64,000 nt of DNA from Bacilli bacterium (GTDB lineage Bacteria > Bacillota_I > Bacilli_A > ML615J-28 > CAG-698): NCBI GenBank assembly GCA_017450215.1, contig JAFSVH010000101.1, forward strand, positions 1,534 to 65,533, given 5' to 3'. A model generated the notes under the pieces. It saw only the letters and a list, made by a program, of their open reading frames with translations, was not told the DNA's origin and ran no database searches. The position numbers and the translations under genes are program-made. Of the stretch, positions 8,847 to 17,254 are shown one piece after another. The number at the start of each line of letters is the position of its first letter. Position 1 is the stretch's first letter.

Positions 8847-9383
8847 TTATACATTTAATCCCATTTGGTATGCTTCAATAAATGAAGCTTTTTCTTTTAT
8901 TTCACCTTTTTGATAAACACCAATTCCATAAATAATGCCTTTTTCAACTGCACCTTCTACACAATCAGCATAACCTCTAAAACATTCAATAGTACGCTCT
9001 TGTGAAGTTTTATCGTCATCGGCACAAGTTACAATATAATAGAATTCTTTATTTTTAACTTCTTCCCAACGAGCAACAGTTCGATCAATTAATGCTTTTA
9101 ACTGTGCATCAATAGAATAAAAATAAACAGGACTTGCTAAAACTATTACATCGCTATCTATCATCTTTTGTAAAATAGGAGCCATATCATCTTTAATAGC
9201 ACAAATACCATTTGACTTTTGACAATAATAACAAGCAGTACAGTATCCAATTTTCTTTTCCGATACTCTTATCTTTTCAACATCATGCCCTGCATCCTTT
9301 GCTCCACGCATGAATTCATCACATAAAAGATCTGAATTTCCACCCTTTCTAGGGCTACCTGATAATATTAATACTTTCTTCAT
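8847..9383 (-). CDS. NADPH-dependent FMN reductase-like / iron-sulfur flavoprotein (Isf-like)
   Basis: MKKVLILSGSPRKGGNS flavodoxin-like N-terminus plus compact Cys motif CTACYYCQKSNGIC (CX2CX2CX6C), as in iron-sulfur flavoproteins. Confidence 0.7.
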   Translation of the reverse strand: MKKVLILSGSPRKGGNSDLLCDEFMRGAKDAGHDVEKIRVSEKKIGYCTACYYCQKSNGICAIKDDMAPILQKMIDSDVIVLASPVYFYSIDAQLKALIDRTVARWEEVKNKEFYYIVTCADDDKTSQERTIECFRGYADCVEGAVEKGIIYGIGVYQKGEIKEKASFIEAYQMGLNV

Positions 9384-9386
9384 TAT

Positions 9387-9914
9387 TTATTTCTCCTTAT
9401 ATTTATTTATATAATTTAATACTATTTCTTCTACTTCTATGGCTCCATCAGTAAAGCACCATAAATTAAGGGCACCATAATATATACTTACTATTTCTTT
9501 TGCGATTTCTTCATTATATAATTCTTTAACATATGCTAAATCATAAGCAAGTTTAGTCTTACCATGAAAGCCACCTAATACTCCATGACTAAACCATACT
9601 TGACACATCTTTAAGCCACTTTTCTTTATTCTTTTAATTGAAGTTATAAGAAAATATTCTAATTTCTCATATTTAGAATAATCACCTTCTAATTTAGAAT
9701 CATCAAAATACATGCTTATTTGTTTTTCAATTAAATCTTCTTTGGATTCAAAATGAATATAGAATGCTCCTTTCGACACTCCTGCTTCTTTTGTAATTTC
9801 TGATACTGAAACATTATCGAATCCTTTTTCATTAATAAGCTTTAATGCTACTTCAATTATTTTGTCTTTATTTTCATTAGATTTTGCTGTTCTTGATTCA
9901 TTATTGTATTTCAT
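9387..9914 (-). CDS. TetR/AcrR family transcriptional regulator
   Basis: N-terminal HTH FDNVSVSEITKEAGVSKGAFYIHF. First gene of the TetR-Isf-flavodoxin-AKR operon. Confidence 0.8.
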   Translation of the reverse strand: MKYNNESRTAKSNENKDKIIEVALKLINEKGFDNVSVSEITKEAGVSKGAFYIHFESKEDLIEKQISMYFDDSKLEGDYSKYEKLEYFLITSIKRIKKSGLKMCQVWFSHGVLGGFHGKTKLAYDLAYVKELYNEEIAKEIVSIYYGALNLWCFTDGAIEVEEIVLNYINKYKEK

Positions 9915-9980
9915 AACTACATTATATCATTTAATTGACCAGTAGTCAACTAATTTATTTTATTTTTTAAAAAAATGATT

Positions 9981-10081
9981 TTTTTTGATTTTTGATTTTG
10001 CGACTTTTTGTGCACGATTTTGGCGGTGATTATTTTTGATTTTTGATTTTACGACTTTTTGTGCACGGTTTTGGCGGTGAT
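9981..10081. repeat. two tandem copies of a ~51-bp direct repeat (~94% identical)
   Basis: ttttttgatttttgattttgcgactttttgtgcacgattttggcggtgat at 9981-10030, then tatttttgatttttgattttacgactttttgtgcacggttttggcggtgat at 10031-10081. Confidence 0.85.
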
Positions 10082-10117
10082 TTTTCATACAAGCGTTAAA
10101 CTTGATTTACTATTTAT

Positions 10118-10175
10118 TTGGTTCAATTCTCGTTGTCTTTACAGGTTCGATTCTCGTTTCACTCAAAAATTTTCA
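10118..10175 (+). repeat. two partial plus-strand copies of the tRNA-Gly T-arm/acceptor 3' segment
   Basis: GGTTCaATTCTCGTTgtc and GGTTCGATTCTCGTTtcac versus tRNA-Gly 3' sequence GAGTTCGATTCTCGTTACC. They are inverted relative to the intact tRNA at 10331-10405. Confidence 0.5.
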
Positions 10176-10238
10176 ATGCTTCGACTCCTTGGAGCGTTGT
10201 CCATAGTGCATTGGACAAAAAGTAGTTTTTTAGAGCAT

Positions 10239-10279
10239 AAAAAAAGAGCTGAAACTTAGTTTTTTGCTAAATTTCAGCT
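10239..10279 (-). terminator. hairpin terminator downstream of tRNA-Gly
   Basis: AGCTGAAA / TTTCAGCT stem with a 17-nt loop. Preceded on plus by AAAAAAA, which is a U-run after the stem on minus. Confidence 0.45.
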
Positions 10280-10330
10280 TATTTTCACTAAATATCGCTT
10301 ATTTATAAAGGACATTTAGACCAATGCACT

Positions 10331-10405
10331 TGGAGCAGGTAACGAGAATCGAACTCGCATCTTCGCCATGGCAAGGCGGTATATTAGCCGTTGTACTATA
10401 CCTGC
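10331..10405 (-). tRNA. tRNA-Gly (anticodon GCC)
   Basis: Hand fold of the 75-nt minus-strand sequence. Acceptor stem GCAGGTA/TACCTGC, T-arm GCGAG-TTCGATT-CTCGT, anticodon loop TTGCCAT, 3' TCCA. The D-stem is weak (3 bp). Confidence 0.75.
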
Positions 10406-10422
10406 ATTTCACTAACATAAGC

Positions 10423-10451
10423 ATTTTAACATATCTAAATCATAAATGCAA
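10423..10451 (-). promoter_or_regulatory. sigma-A-type promoter for tRNA-Gly (TTGCAT-17-TAAAAT)
   Basis: Minus-strand TTGCAT (10451-10446), 17-nt spacer, TAAAAT (10428-10423), then ~17 nt to the tRNA 5' end. Confidence 0.45.
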
Positions 10452-10551
10452 GAAAAAATAATTTTTTTTATTCATTATAAATCTTTAATATTATTGTTTT
10501 CATCATAAATAATAAAATATGTTATAATGGTTTCATATTATAGGTGAAAAC

Positions 10552-11133
10552 ATGCAATATTATAATGATTTACCAAATGGTTATGTCGTATATAAAATAA
10601 TCGATGCTGAAAAGAAAAAAACTGCTATATATTTTAGTATTGGTGGAATAATCATAACCATTATTTCTTTAATTTTACTAATCATAATTAAAAAAATAGA
10701 ATTTACTTTTGCTATCAATATAAAAAATGCTCTTGGCATTCTTCTTTTTGGCTTTATCTTGATAGCTAATATATTTGTACATGAATTAACCCATGGACTA
10801 TTCTACAAATTATTCACGAAACAAAAATTAAAATTTGGTTTCACTAAATTTAATGCTTATTGTGGTGCTCCTAATATCTACATGAAGAGAAATCCTATGA
10901 TCATTATATCTCTTGCACCTTTTATTATTTATTCAATAATAAGCATCTTATTAATAATTATACTTCCACCTAATCTTACTTGCTTCTTTGTAATTATTTA
11001 TTTTTCAAATCACATTGGTGGTTGTATTGGCGATATTTATGTTGCAATACAATTAATATTCAATGTGAATAAAAATGCACTAGTAAATGATACAGGACAG
11101 AAACAAACAATATATAAAAGAAACGCTTTATAA
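10552..11133 (+). CDS. polytopic membrane protein with HExxH motif (putative membrane zinc metalloprotease, DUF3267-like)
   Basis: Several hydrophobic segments and FVHELTHGLFYKLF. RBS AGGTGA and an extended -10 TGTTATAAT lie upstream. Confidence 0.5.
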   Translation: MQYYNDLPNGYVVYKIIDAEKKKTAIYFSIGGIIITIISLILLIIIKKIEFTFAINIKNALGILLFGFILIANIFVHELTHGLFYKLFTKQKLKFGFTKFNAYCGAPNIYMKRNPMIIISLAPFIIYSIISILLIIILPPNLTCFFVIIYFSNHIGGCIGDIYVAIQLIFNVNKNALVNDTGQKQTIYKRNAL

Positions 11134-11196
11134 TAAATTATTAATAATAAATTATTTATAATTAATTATTTATTTTTTATAAGATACTCATAAGAA

Positions 11197-11258
11197 ACGC
11201 TTTAATTAAAGATGCAAAATATCAATTATAATTTTGCACATTAATTAAAGCGCCTTTT
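11197..11258 (+). terminator. long inverted repeat / terminator after the 10552-11133 gene
   Basis: Arms ACGCTTTAATTAAAGATGCAAAAT and ATTTTGCACATTAATTAAAGCG with a 10-nt loop, followed by CCTTTT. Confidence 0.45.
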
Positions 11259-11398
11259 AAATTGTCAAAAAAGATATTAAATTATTATATTAATTGAATA
11301 ATATGATTATAGTGGGCTTAATCATAATATCAAGTAGTAAGAACTTAATTTCAATAATCAGTTTTTATATTAAACAAATGTATCTTTATTTGTTATTT

Positions 11399-11959
11399 TT
11401 AATTATTATTTTTCTTTTTCTTATTATTAGTTTCTTTAGTTTCTTTCTCAGTAGTTAAATCTACATCAATAAAATCTTCATCGCCATATTTGCCATCGTT
11501 GCCATCTGATTCTTCTTTTTCTTTTACACCATTTTTGCTATCATAAATAGCAATAATCTTTTTCATTTCTTCTAAAGTTGGTTCATCAAATTCTTCTGGC
11601 CCATCATCGCGAAGCTTCAAATCCTTAAATTTTTCATAGAATGATTTTAAATGAATGAAAATGATTCTTTCACCGACAACTTCATTTGTATAGATAGTCT
11701 TATCGCCAACTGTTTGTTGACGGCAAACTAATCTTCCTTTTACACCCACAATATCACCTTTAGCACAATACTCATAAATATTTTGAGCATAAACATTCCA
11801 AAATGTCACAGGAATAAAATCACTCTTATATTCATTAGTATCCATTTCTCTAAAATTCCTTTGAACCTTTAAAACAACATTAATAACATCAAATTGATTA
11901 ATATGTTTTAAATTCAAATCATTTGCGATAGCTCCTACTAAAATTATATTATTAATCAT
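11399..11959 (-). CDS. ssb: single-stranded DNA-binding protein (SSB-like, OB fold) with non-canonical K/N-rich C-terminus
   Basis: MINNIILVGAIANDLNLK...VTFWNVYAQNIYEYCAKGDIVGVKGRL resembles the SSB OB fold. Acidic linker, but the tail ends NNKKKKNNN rather than DDDIPF. ATG 11959 with AAAGGAGG is preferred over track start 11992. Confidence 0.55.
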   Translation of the reverse strand: MINNIILVGAIANDLNLKHINQFDVINVVLKVQRNFREMDTNEYKSDFIPVTFWNVYAQNIYEYCAKGDIVGVKGRLVCRQQTVGDKTIYTNEVVGERIIFIHLKSFYEKFKDLKLRDDGPEEFDEPTLEEMKKIIAIYDSKNGVKEKEESDGNDGKYGDEDFIDVDLTTEKETKETNNKKKKNNN

Positions 11960-12243
11960 GTTTTTTCCTCCTTTCACTTGAATTATAAACAACTAAAAAA
12001 TATAACTCAAACCAGAAATGGTACTCAAAAACAGTTTTATAAAATGAAAAATGGCGTTATTCTATAAAAAAAAGAGATAAGTTAACTTATCCCTTTTTTG
12101 ATAATAATCATTTTATAAAAAAGATTAATTTAAAAAGTATTTTTAAAAATACACTTTTTTATTTATTCTTTTTTTATCAAACTATTATAAACAATTATAA
12201 ATAATTAAAAACAATTAAAAACAATTATAAATAATTGTTATGA

Positions 12244-13575
12244 TTATTTTCCATCATTTTTCTTACTTTTACCAAACACATAATTAATATTATTAACATC
12301 AATATATTTAGTAATATCCCGAAGATCATTTAATGAAATATAATGATTATATTCATCAAATAGATTTATTCCATCAATTGAATATTCTAAGCAATCTGTG
12401 ATTGTAGTTGATAAATCATTAAAGTCTCGGATTGTTGAACCGATGGATGCTCTATTTAGTGCTTGTACATATTTATCATCAAGTTCTACTTCATCTAAAT
12501 TTAAGAATACATCATTTAAAAACTTCACAAGTTCTTCTGGTTTATGAGATAAACCATTAAACCTAATTGAAGGGATGCCTGCTTCATAAATAAATGAGCA
12601 GCCAAAACCTAATAAAGCTAAATCATTATCCATAATTGTTTGAAAATTAGCAGATGAATGTCCAAATAAAACTTCACATAATAAATCATATTTACAAATA
12701 TTGACTAATAAATTGTTATTATCATCTTCATTATTATAAAAGTTTGGTTTTACTCTTACAGCATAAGCAACAACAGTATCAACTATGTCAATCTTCATTT
12801 CATCATCTTTTTTAATTACTTCATTGCTAATTTCATCATTAATAACTTTTGCTTTAAAGCTAGGATAAATCGGCTTTTTCCTTTGATTTTCTTCAATCAT
12901 CATATAGATATCTTGATAATCAAAATTACCAATAATGGCAATAGTCATATTTGATGGAACATAGAAATGATTATAAACTTGATTTAAGACATCTTCATCA
13001 ATCTTATTCACATCTTCAACACTTCCAGTTACATCATGCGAATAGCTAACATCACCAAAATTATTTAATTTCAATCTACTTCTCACTTTTTGGAAAGGTG
13101 AATCTTGATACATCAAGATTTCTTGAATAATAATATCCCTTTCAATATCAATATTATCTTTCCTAAAATATGGAGTTTGTACAAAATCAAGAATGTAATT
13201 CAAAGCAATCTGAAAATTATCACTTCCATTAACTTGATATATCGTTTTATCATAAGAGGTAAAAGCATTACTTTCAATTCCAAACATCGCAAGATAATCA
13301 CTTGCATTAGTGATTTCTCCTTCCATCTCAAACATTTGATGTTCTAAGAAATGAGCAACACCATAAGGAATATTATAAATTTTACCATCTACTTCATATT
13401 TAGTAACAGCACCTCCAAAATTACAGCCAAAATTAATTGCATAATTTTGGAATCCTTCCTTTTTCACAAATATAACCTTAAGTCCATTAAATACTTCCCA
13501 ACTATATAGAGATGTATTGATATTTTCATATTTTTTTAAAGAAACATCTTTATTAAAAACTATATTCTTACTCAT
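12244..13575 (-). CDS. M16 family zinc peptidase (catalytic subunit, inverted HxxEH motif)
   Basis: VAHFLEHQMFEMEG. 8-nt overlap with the upstream partner gene. Confidence 0.8.
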   Translation of the reverse strand: MSKNIVFNKDVSLKKYENINTSLYSWEVFNGLKVIFVKKEGFQNYAINFGCNFGGAVTKYEVDGKIYNIPYGVAHFLEHQMFEMEGEITNASDYLAMFGIESNAFTSYDKTIYQVNGSDNFQIALNYILDFVQTPYFRKDNIDIERDIIIQEILMYQDSPFQKVRSRLKLNNFGDVSYSHDVTGSVEDVNKIDEDVLNQVYNHFYVPSNMTIAIIGNFDYQDIYMMIEENQRKKPIYPSFKAKVINDEISNEVIKKDDEMKIDIVDTVVAYAVRVKPNFYNNEDDNNNLLVNICKYDLLCEVLFGHSSANFQTIMDNDLALLGFGCSFIYEAGIPSIRFNGLSHKPEELVKFLNDVFLNLDEVELDDKYVQALNRASIGSTIRDFNDLSTTITDCLEYSIDGINLFDEYNHYISLNDLRDITKYIDVNNINYVFGKSKKNDGK

Positions 13576-14884
13576 TATTTTCGCCTAAACCCTTAAGAAC
13601 ATAAATAGTATCTAACCATAAATGATCTTTAATTTTAGAAATATCATCTAGTGTAACAAGCAATGAATCATTATATAATTCTTCTAATGTTCTTCTATCA
13701 GTTAAATAATATTTTAGATTATTACTTACAATATATTCTTGATTATCAATGGAATTAATGTATTCATTCTTAAATTCACTCTTTGCTTCATTAAGTAAAT
13801 TTTCAAAATATTCTCTATTCTTATTAATATTATGAATATTATAGCTATTCAAGCAATCTTTGATTGCCTTAATTGCTTTATTGATGTTATTAGAATCAAC
13901 TCCAGCATAAACAGTACAAAGATTTCTCACTGGGTTAGCTGATGCATAGATTGTATAAGCTAAGCCTAATTTTTCTCTCACTTTTCTAAACAAGCTTGAA
14001 AATGGACTTTCACCAAACATCAAGCAAAATAAGATATATGCAGCATATAATTCATGACGATAGAAAAGATCTGTCCTATATCCCATATATATATGAGATT
14101 GCTTAATTTCTAATTTTTCAACGTATCTCTTTGTTTTTATTATTCTATATAAATTTTTATCTTCATATTCAATATTGACATTATTAGTCCTTAAATTAAG
14201 TTTATTTAATAGTTTATTAACCTTATCAACACTAACATTACCAACAACAGAAACGATTATATGCGAATTATTAATAAAGTCTAAATAATAATCATAAAGC
14301 TCATAAGCTTTAATTTTCTTTATCTTATTAATATTCATCTTTTGAATTAATGGAAATTCATCTTTCTTTGTCATCTTAGACAAGAATCTCATTGCTCCAT
14401 ATCTTCTTTTATTATTGCTCTCATTGAGAATAAGATTAATTCTGTTTTCTATCACTTCATCAAAGTCTTTCTTGCAAAATTCAGTCCTACCTCGTGAATT
14501 CACTCTAACATGAGGGTTATAAATCATATTATTAAGTAAATCAAAGCATTCATCATATAAGTCATCACAATCAATAATATTTTCGCTAATGCATTCAACA
14601 CTACATTTTAAGATTTGAGTCTTGTAATTCATACTTTGAGCAGAATATACACCTGCAGAATATAAATCATACAATTTTCTTGTCTGTGCTTCGGTTGATG
14701 TATATTTACCATTACATTTAGTCAATAATTCTGAAACTAAAGATAAATAATTATTATCATCGTATTTATTAATATAATAAATATTAAAAACAGTAGTTGT
14801 AAATTTATTTGTCTTTTCAATACATACATCAATATCTTTATATTTATATTTATTTTTATTAGTATTCTTTTCTTGTTTTTCCAT
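13568..14884 (-). CDS. M16 family peptidase-like protein (non-catalytic partner, no HxxEH)
   Basis: Length and pairing with the adjacent M16 gene. Lacks the zinc motif. Confidence 0.6.
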   Translation of the reverse strand: MEKQEKNTNKNKYKYKDIDVCIEKTNKFTTTVFNIYYINKYDDNNYLSLVSELLTKCNGKYTSTEAQTRKLYDLYSAGVYSAQSMNYKTQILKCSVECISENIIDCDDLYDECFDLLNNMIYNPHVRVNSRGRTEFCKKDFDEVIENRINLILNESNNKRRYGAMRFLSKMTKKDEFPLIQKMNINKIKKIKAYELYDYYLDFINNSHIIVSVVGNVSVDKVNKLLNKLNLRTNNVNIEYEDKNLYRIIKTKRYVEKLEIKQSHIYMGYRTDLFYRHELYAAYILFCLMFGESPFSSLFRKVREKLGLAYTIYASANPVRNLCTVYAGVDSNNINKAIKAIKDCLNSYNIHNINKNREYFENLLNEAKSEFKNEYINSIDNQEYIVSNNLKYYLTDRRTLEELYNDSLLVTLDDISKIKDHLWLDTIYVLKGLGENNE

Positions 14885-14956
14885 AAAACATCCTATATTC
14901 TTTTAAAACAACAGCGTAAATGCGCTGTTGTTTCACAATAAATTATGTAAAGTAGA

Positions 14957-15676
14957 TTATGCAATTGCAGCTTCTAGTGCAATTTCCATCATCTTATTAA
15001 ATGAATTTTGTCTTTCTTCAGCTGTTGTAACATCACTTGAAACAAATGAATCAGAAACAGTTAATAAGCATGCTGCTTCTTTATTTAAATATTTTGCATT
15101 TGCAAATAAAGCAAAGCTTTCCATTTCTACTGCTACGCAATTATATTTATTTACAACATCATCAAAGATGTTACCTTGATGACGATAGAACACATCTGAC
15201 GAATGAATTCTACCTTCAATTAAATCATAGCCTAATTTCTTGCTAGCTTTTCTAATTATATTATTTAATTCTTCACTAGCCTTTAAGGCATTGTCTTTAT
15301 ATCCATAAGCAATGGATGCAAAATTTGATTCACTATAAGCATCAGTTGCAAGAATGCAATCATAAATTTTTGCATCTTTTACATATGATCCACAAGAACC
15401 AATTCTAATTATTCTCTTTACATCATAGAATGCAAATAATTCGTATGAATAAATACCAATACTAGGCATACCCATTCCACTACCCATAACTGAAACTTTC
15501 TTTCCTTTGTAATAACCAGTAAAACCTAACATATTACGAACTGAATTAATTTGCTTAACATCTGTTAAATATTTATTAGCAATAACCTTTGCTCTCAAAG
15601 GATCACCAGGCATCAATACAGTTTCACCTAAATCTTCTTTATTTAATATTTCAATATGAGGTGTAGGAATAGCCAT
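14957..15676 (-). CDS. deoD: purine nucleoside phosphorylase, DeoD-type
   Basis: VLMPGDPLRAKVIANKYL, GMGMPSIGIYSYEL and VAVEMES match DeoD. Confidence 0.9.
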   Translation of the reverse strand: MAIPTPHIEILNKEDLGETVLMPGDPLRAKVIANKYLTDVKQINSVRNMLGFTGYYKGKKVSVMGSGMGMPSIGIYSYELFAFYDVKRIIRIGSCGSYVKDAKIYDCILATDAYSESNFASIAYGYKDNALKASEELNNIIRKASKKLGYDLIEGRIHSSDVFYRHQGNIFDDVVNKYNCVAVEMESFALFANAKYLNKEAACLLTVSDSFVSSDVTTAEERQNSFNKMMEIALEAAIA

Positions 15677-16338
15677 TATTTATCTCCTCCAACAATACTA
15701 ACTCCATTAGAAGTACCAATTCTAGTTGCACCAGCAGCAACCATAACAGCAGCATCGTAATTAGTTCTTACACCACCACTAGCCTTAACTTCCATGTTTT
15801 CGTTTATTTTTGATACTGTCTCTTTCATTAATCTAACATCTTCTTCTGTTGCACCACCAGAACCAAATCCAGTCGATGTCTTAACAAAATTAGCACCAGC
15901 TTTAGTTGCAGCTTTACATACTTCTATTTTTTCTTCATCAGTCAAATAGCAAGTTTCAATAATAACTTTAACAGTTCTTCCACCACTACAGCCAACAACA
16001 CCAGCAATTTCATGTTCTATGTATTTATAATCATGTTCTTTTGCTTTACCAATATTGATAACCATATCAATTTCATCAGCACCTTCGTTGATAGCATCAA
16101 CAGTCTCAGCCCATTTCACATCCATAGTGTTAGCACCAAGAGGAAAACCAATAACAGTACAAACTAAAACATCACTGTCCTTTAATAATTCTTTGGCAAG
16201 TTTTACATTTGCAGGATTAACACAAACACTCTTAAATCCATATTCTTTTGCTTCTTCACACAACTTCTTAATATCATCTTTTGTAGCAAAAGCTTTAAGC
16301 AATGTATGATCAATATATTTTGGATTGATATTATTCAT
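15676..16338 (-). CDS. deoC: deoxyribose-phosphate aldolase
   Basis: [34 protein letters not shown] and VKTSTGF (Schiff-base Lys) match DeoC. Confidence 0.9.
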   Translation of the reverse strand: MNNINPKYIDHTLLKAFATKDDIKKLCEEAKEYGFKSVCVNPANVKLAKELLKDSDVLVCTVIGFPLGANTMDVKWAETVDAINEGADEIDMVINIGKAKEHDYKYIEHEIAGVVGCSGGRTVKVIIETCYLTDEEKIEVCKAATKAGANFVKTSTGFGSGGATEEDVRLMKETVSKINENMEVKASGGVRTNYDAAVMVAAGATRIGTSNGVSIVGGDK

Positions 16339-16352
16339 TCTTATTTCTCCTT

Positions 16353-17243
16353 TTATTCAGCTTCTAAGCAATCAATTAATTTAACTTGTCTAAATTCATA
16401 ATTTAGTTTAGCTTTAACTAATTTCTTTAAATACATCTTGCATGCTTTAGCTTGCTTAACTTTTAAAATATACATATCAGGTAAGAAATTCTTAATCTCA
16501 ATAAGTTTACGATTAATTATATTAAATAAATCCGCTCTTCTAATAATGAAGTTCATATCATCACACATAACATTGATAAAATCAACATAAGGTGGGAAGA
16601 TGATAGGAGATGTAAATCTCCAATCATAGCAAATACCTGAGAAAGGTTTATTTCCTTCACTTGCATCTGTTTGAATTAAACCATAGCAATAATTTACAAT
16701 AACATCATTATGATAATATTCAATTAAATTCTTAACTGAACGCTGGAATTTACAAATAACATTTAATTTTTCAGCATCGTAGCTAATCTTTCCATCTACT
16801 TCTTCATTAGCAAGATATGCTTTCTTAGCAGATTCATAGAAATCAATCATTTCAACAAGATTAAATAAACGAATATCACTAAATGAATCATGATAAATTC
16901 CAAGTTCAAATGTCTTACATAATTTTTGAATAATACCTAATATTTCACGAGCTAATGGTGAAGGAATTAATATTGGAAATTCAACAAGGAAATTCACATT
17001 TGAGAATTTAGGACTCAAACGATAAATTTGATTTACTCTTGATTTCTTAGTAATTAAATAACGATATTTAAAATCAAATTCAACATCTTTATATTCAATT
17101 TCTACTAAACCATCACTATAATAAATTTGGAAATTAGGTTGATTCTCAAAGAATTCTAAAACACTATTAAAATCTAATTTTGCTTCAATTGAGTTATCTC
17201 TAAAAAAATGAATTGTTAATAAATTTTCCATATTTTCCTCCAA
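16353..17243 (-). CDS. hypothetical protein
   Basis: Clean 296-aa ORF between ileS and deoC with no recognisable motif. Confidence 0.4.
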   Translation of the reverse strand: MEENMENLLTIHFFRDNSIEAKLDFNSVLEFFENQPNFQIYYSDGLVEIEYKDVEFDFKYRYLITKKSRVNQIYRLSPKFSNVNFLVEFPILIPSPLAREILGIIQKLCKTFELGIYHDSFSDIRLFNLVEMIDFYESAKKAYLANEEVDGKISYDAEKLNVICKFQRSVKNLIEYYHNDVIVNYCYGLIQTDASEGNKPFSGICYDWRFTSPIIFPPYVDFINVMCDDMNFIIRRADLFNIINRKLIEIKNFLPDMYILKVKQAKACKMYLKKLVKAKLNYEFRQVKLIDCLEAE

Positions 17244-17254
17244 TTAGGTTTTTA

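Noticed and set aside
9981-10081. Possible CRISPR array
   Set aside because: It has only two repeat copies that are directly adjacent with no spacers, and no cas genes in the window.
10059-10259. 66-aa plus-strand ORF
   Set aside because: It spans the 51-bp tandem repeat and the tRNA-like fragments, has no RBS and no plausible protein features. It is a chance ORF in a non-coding region.
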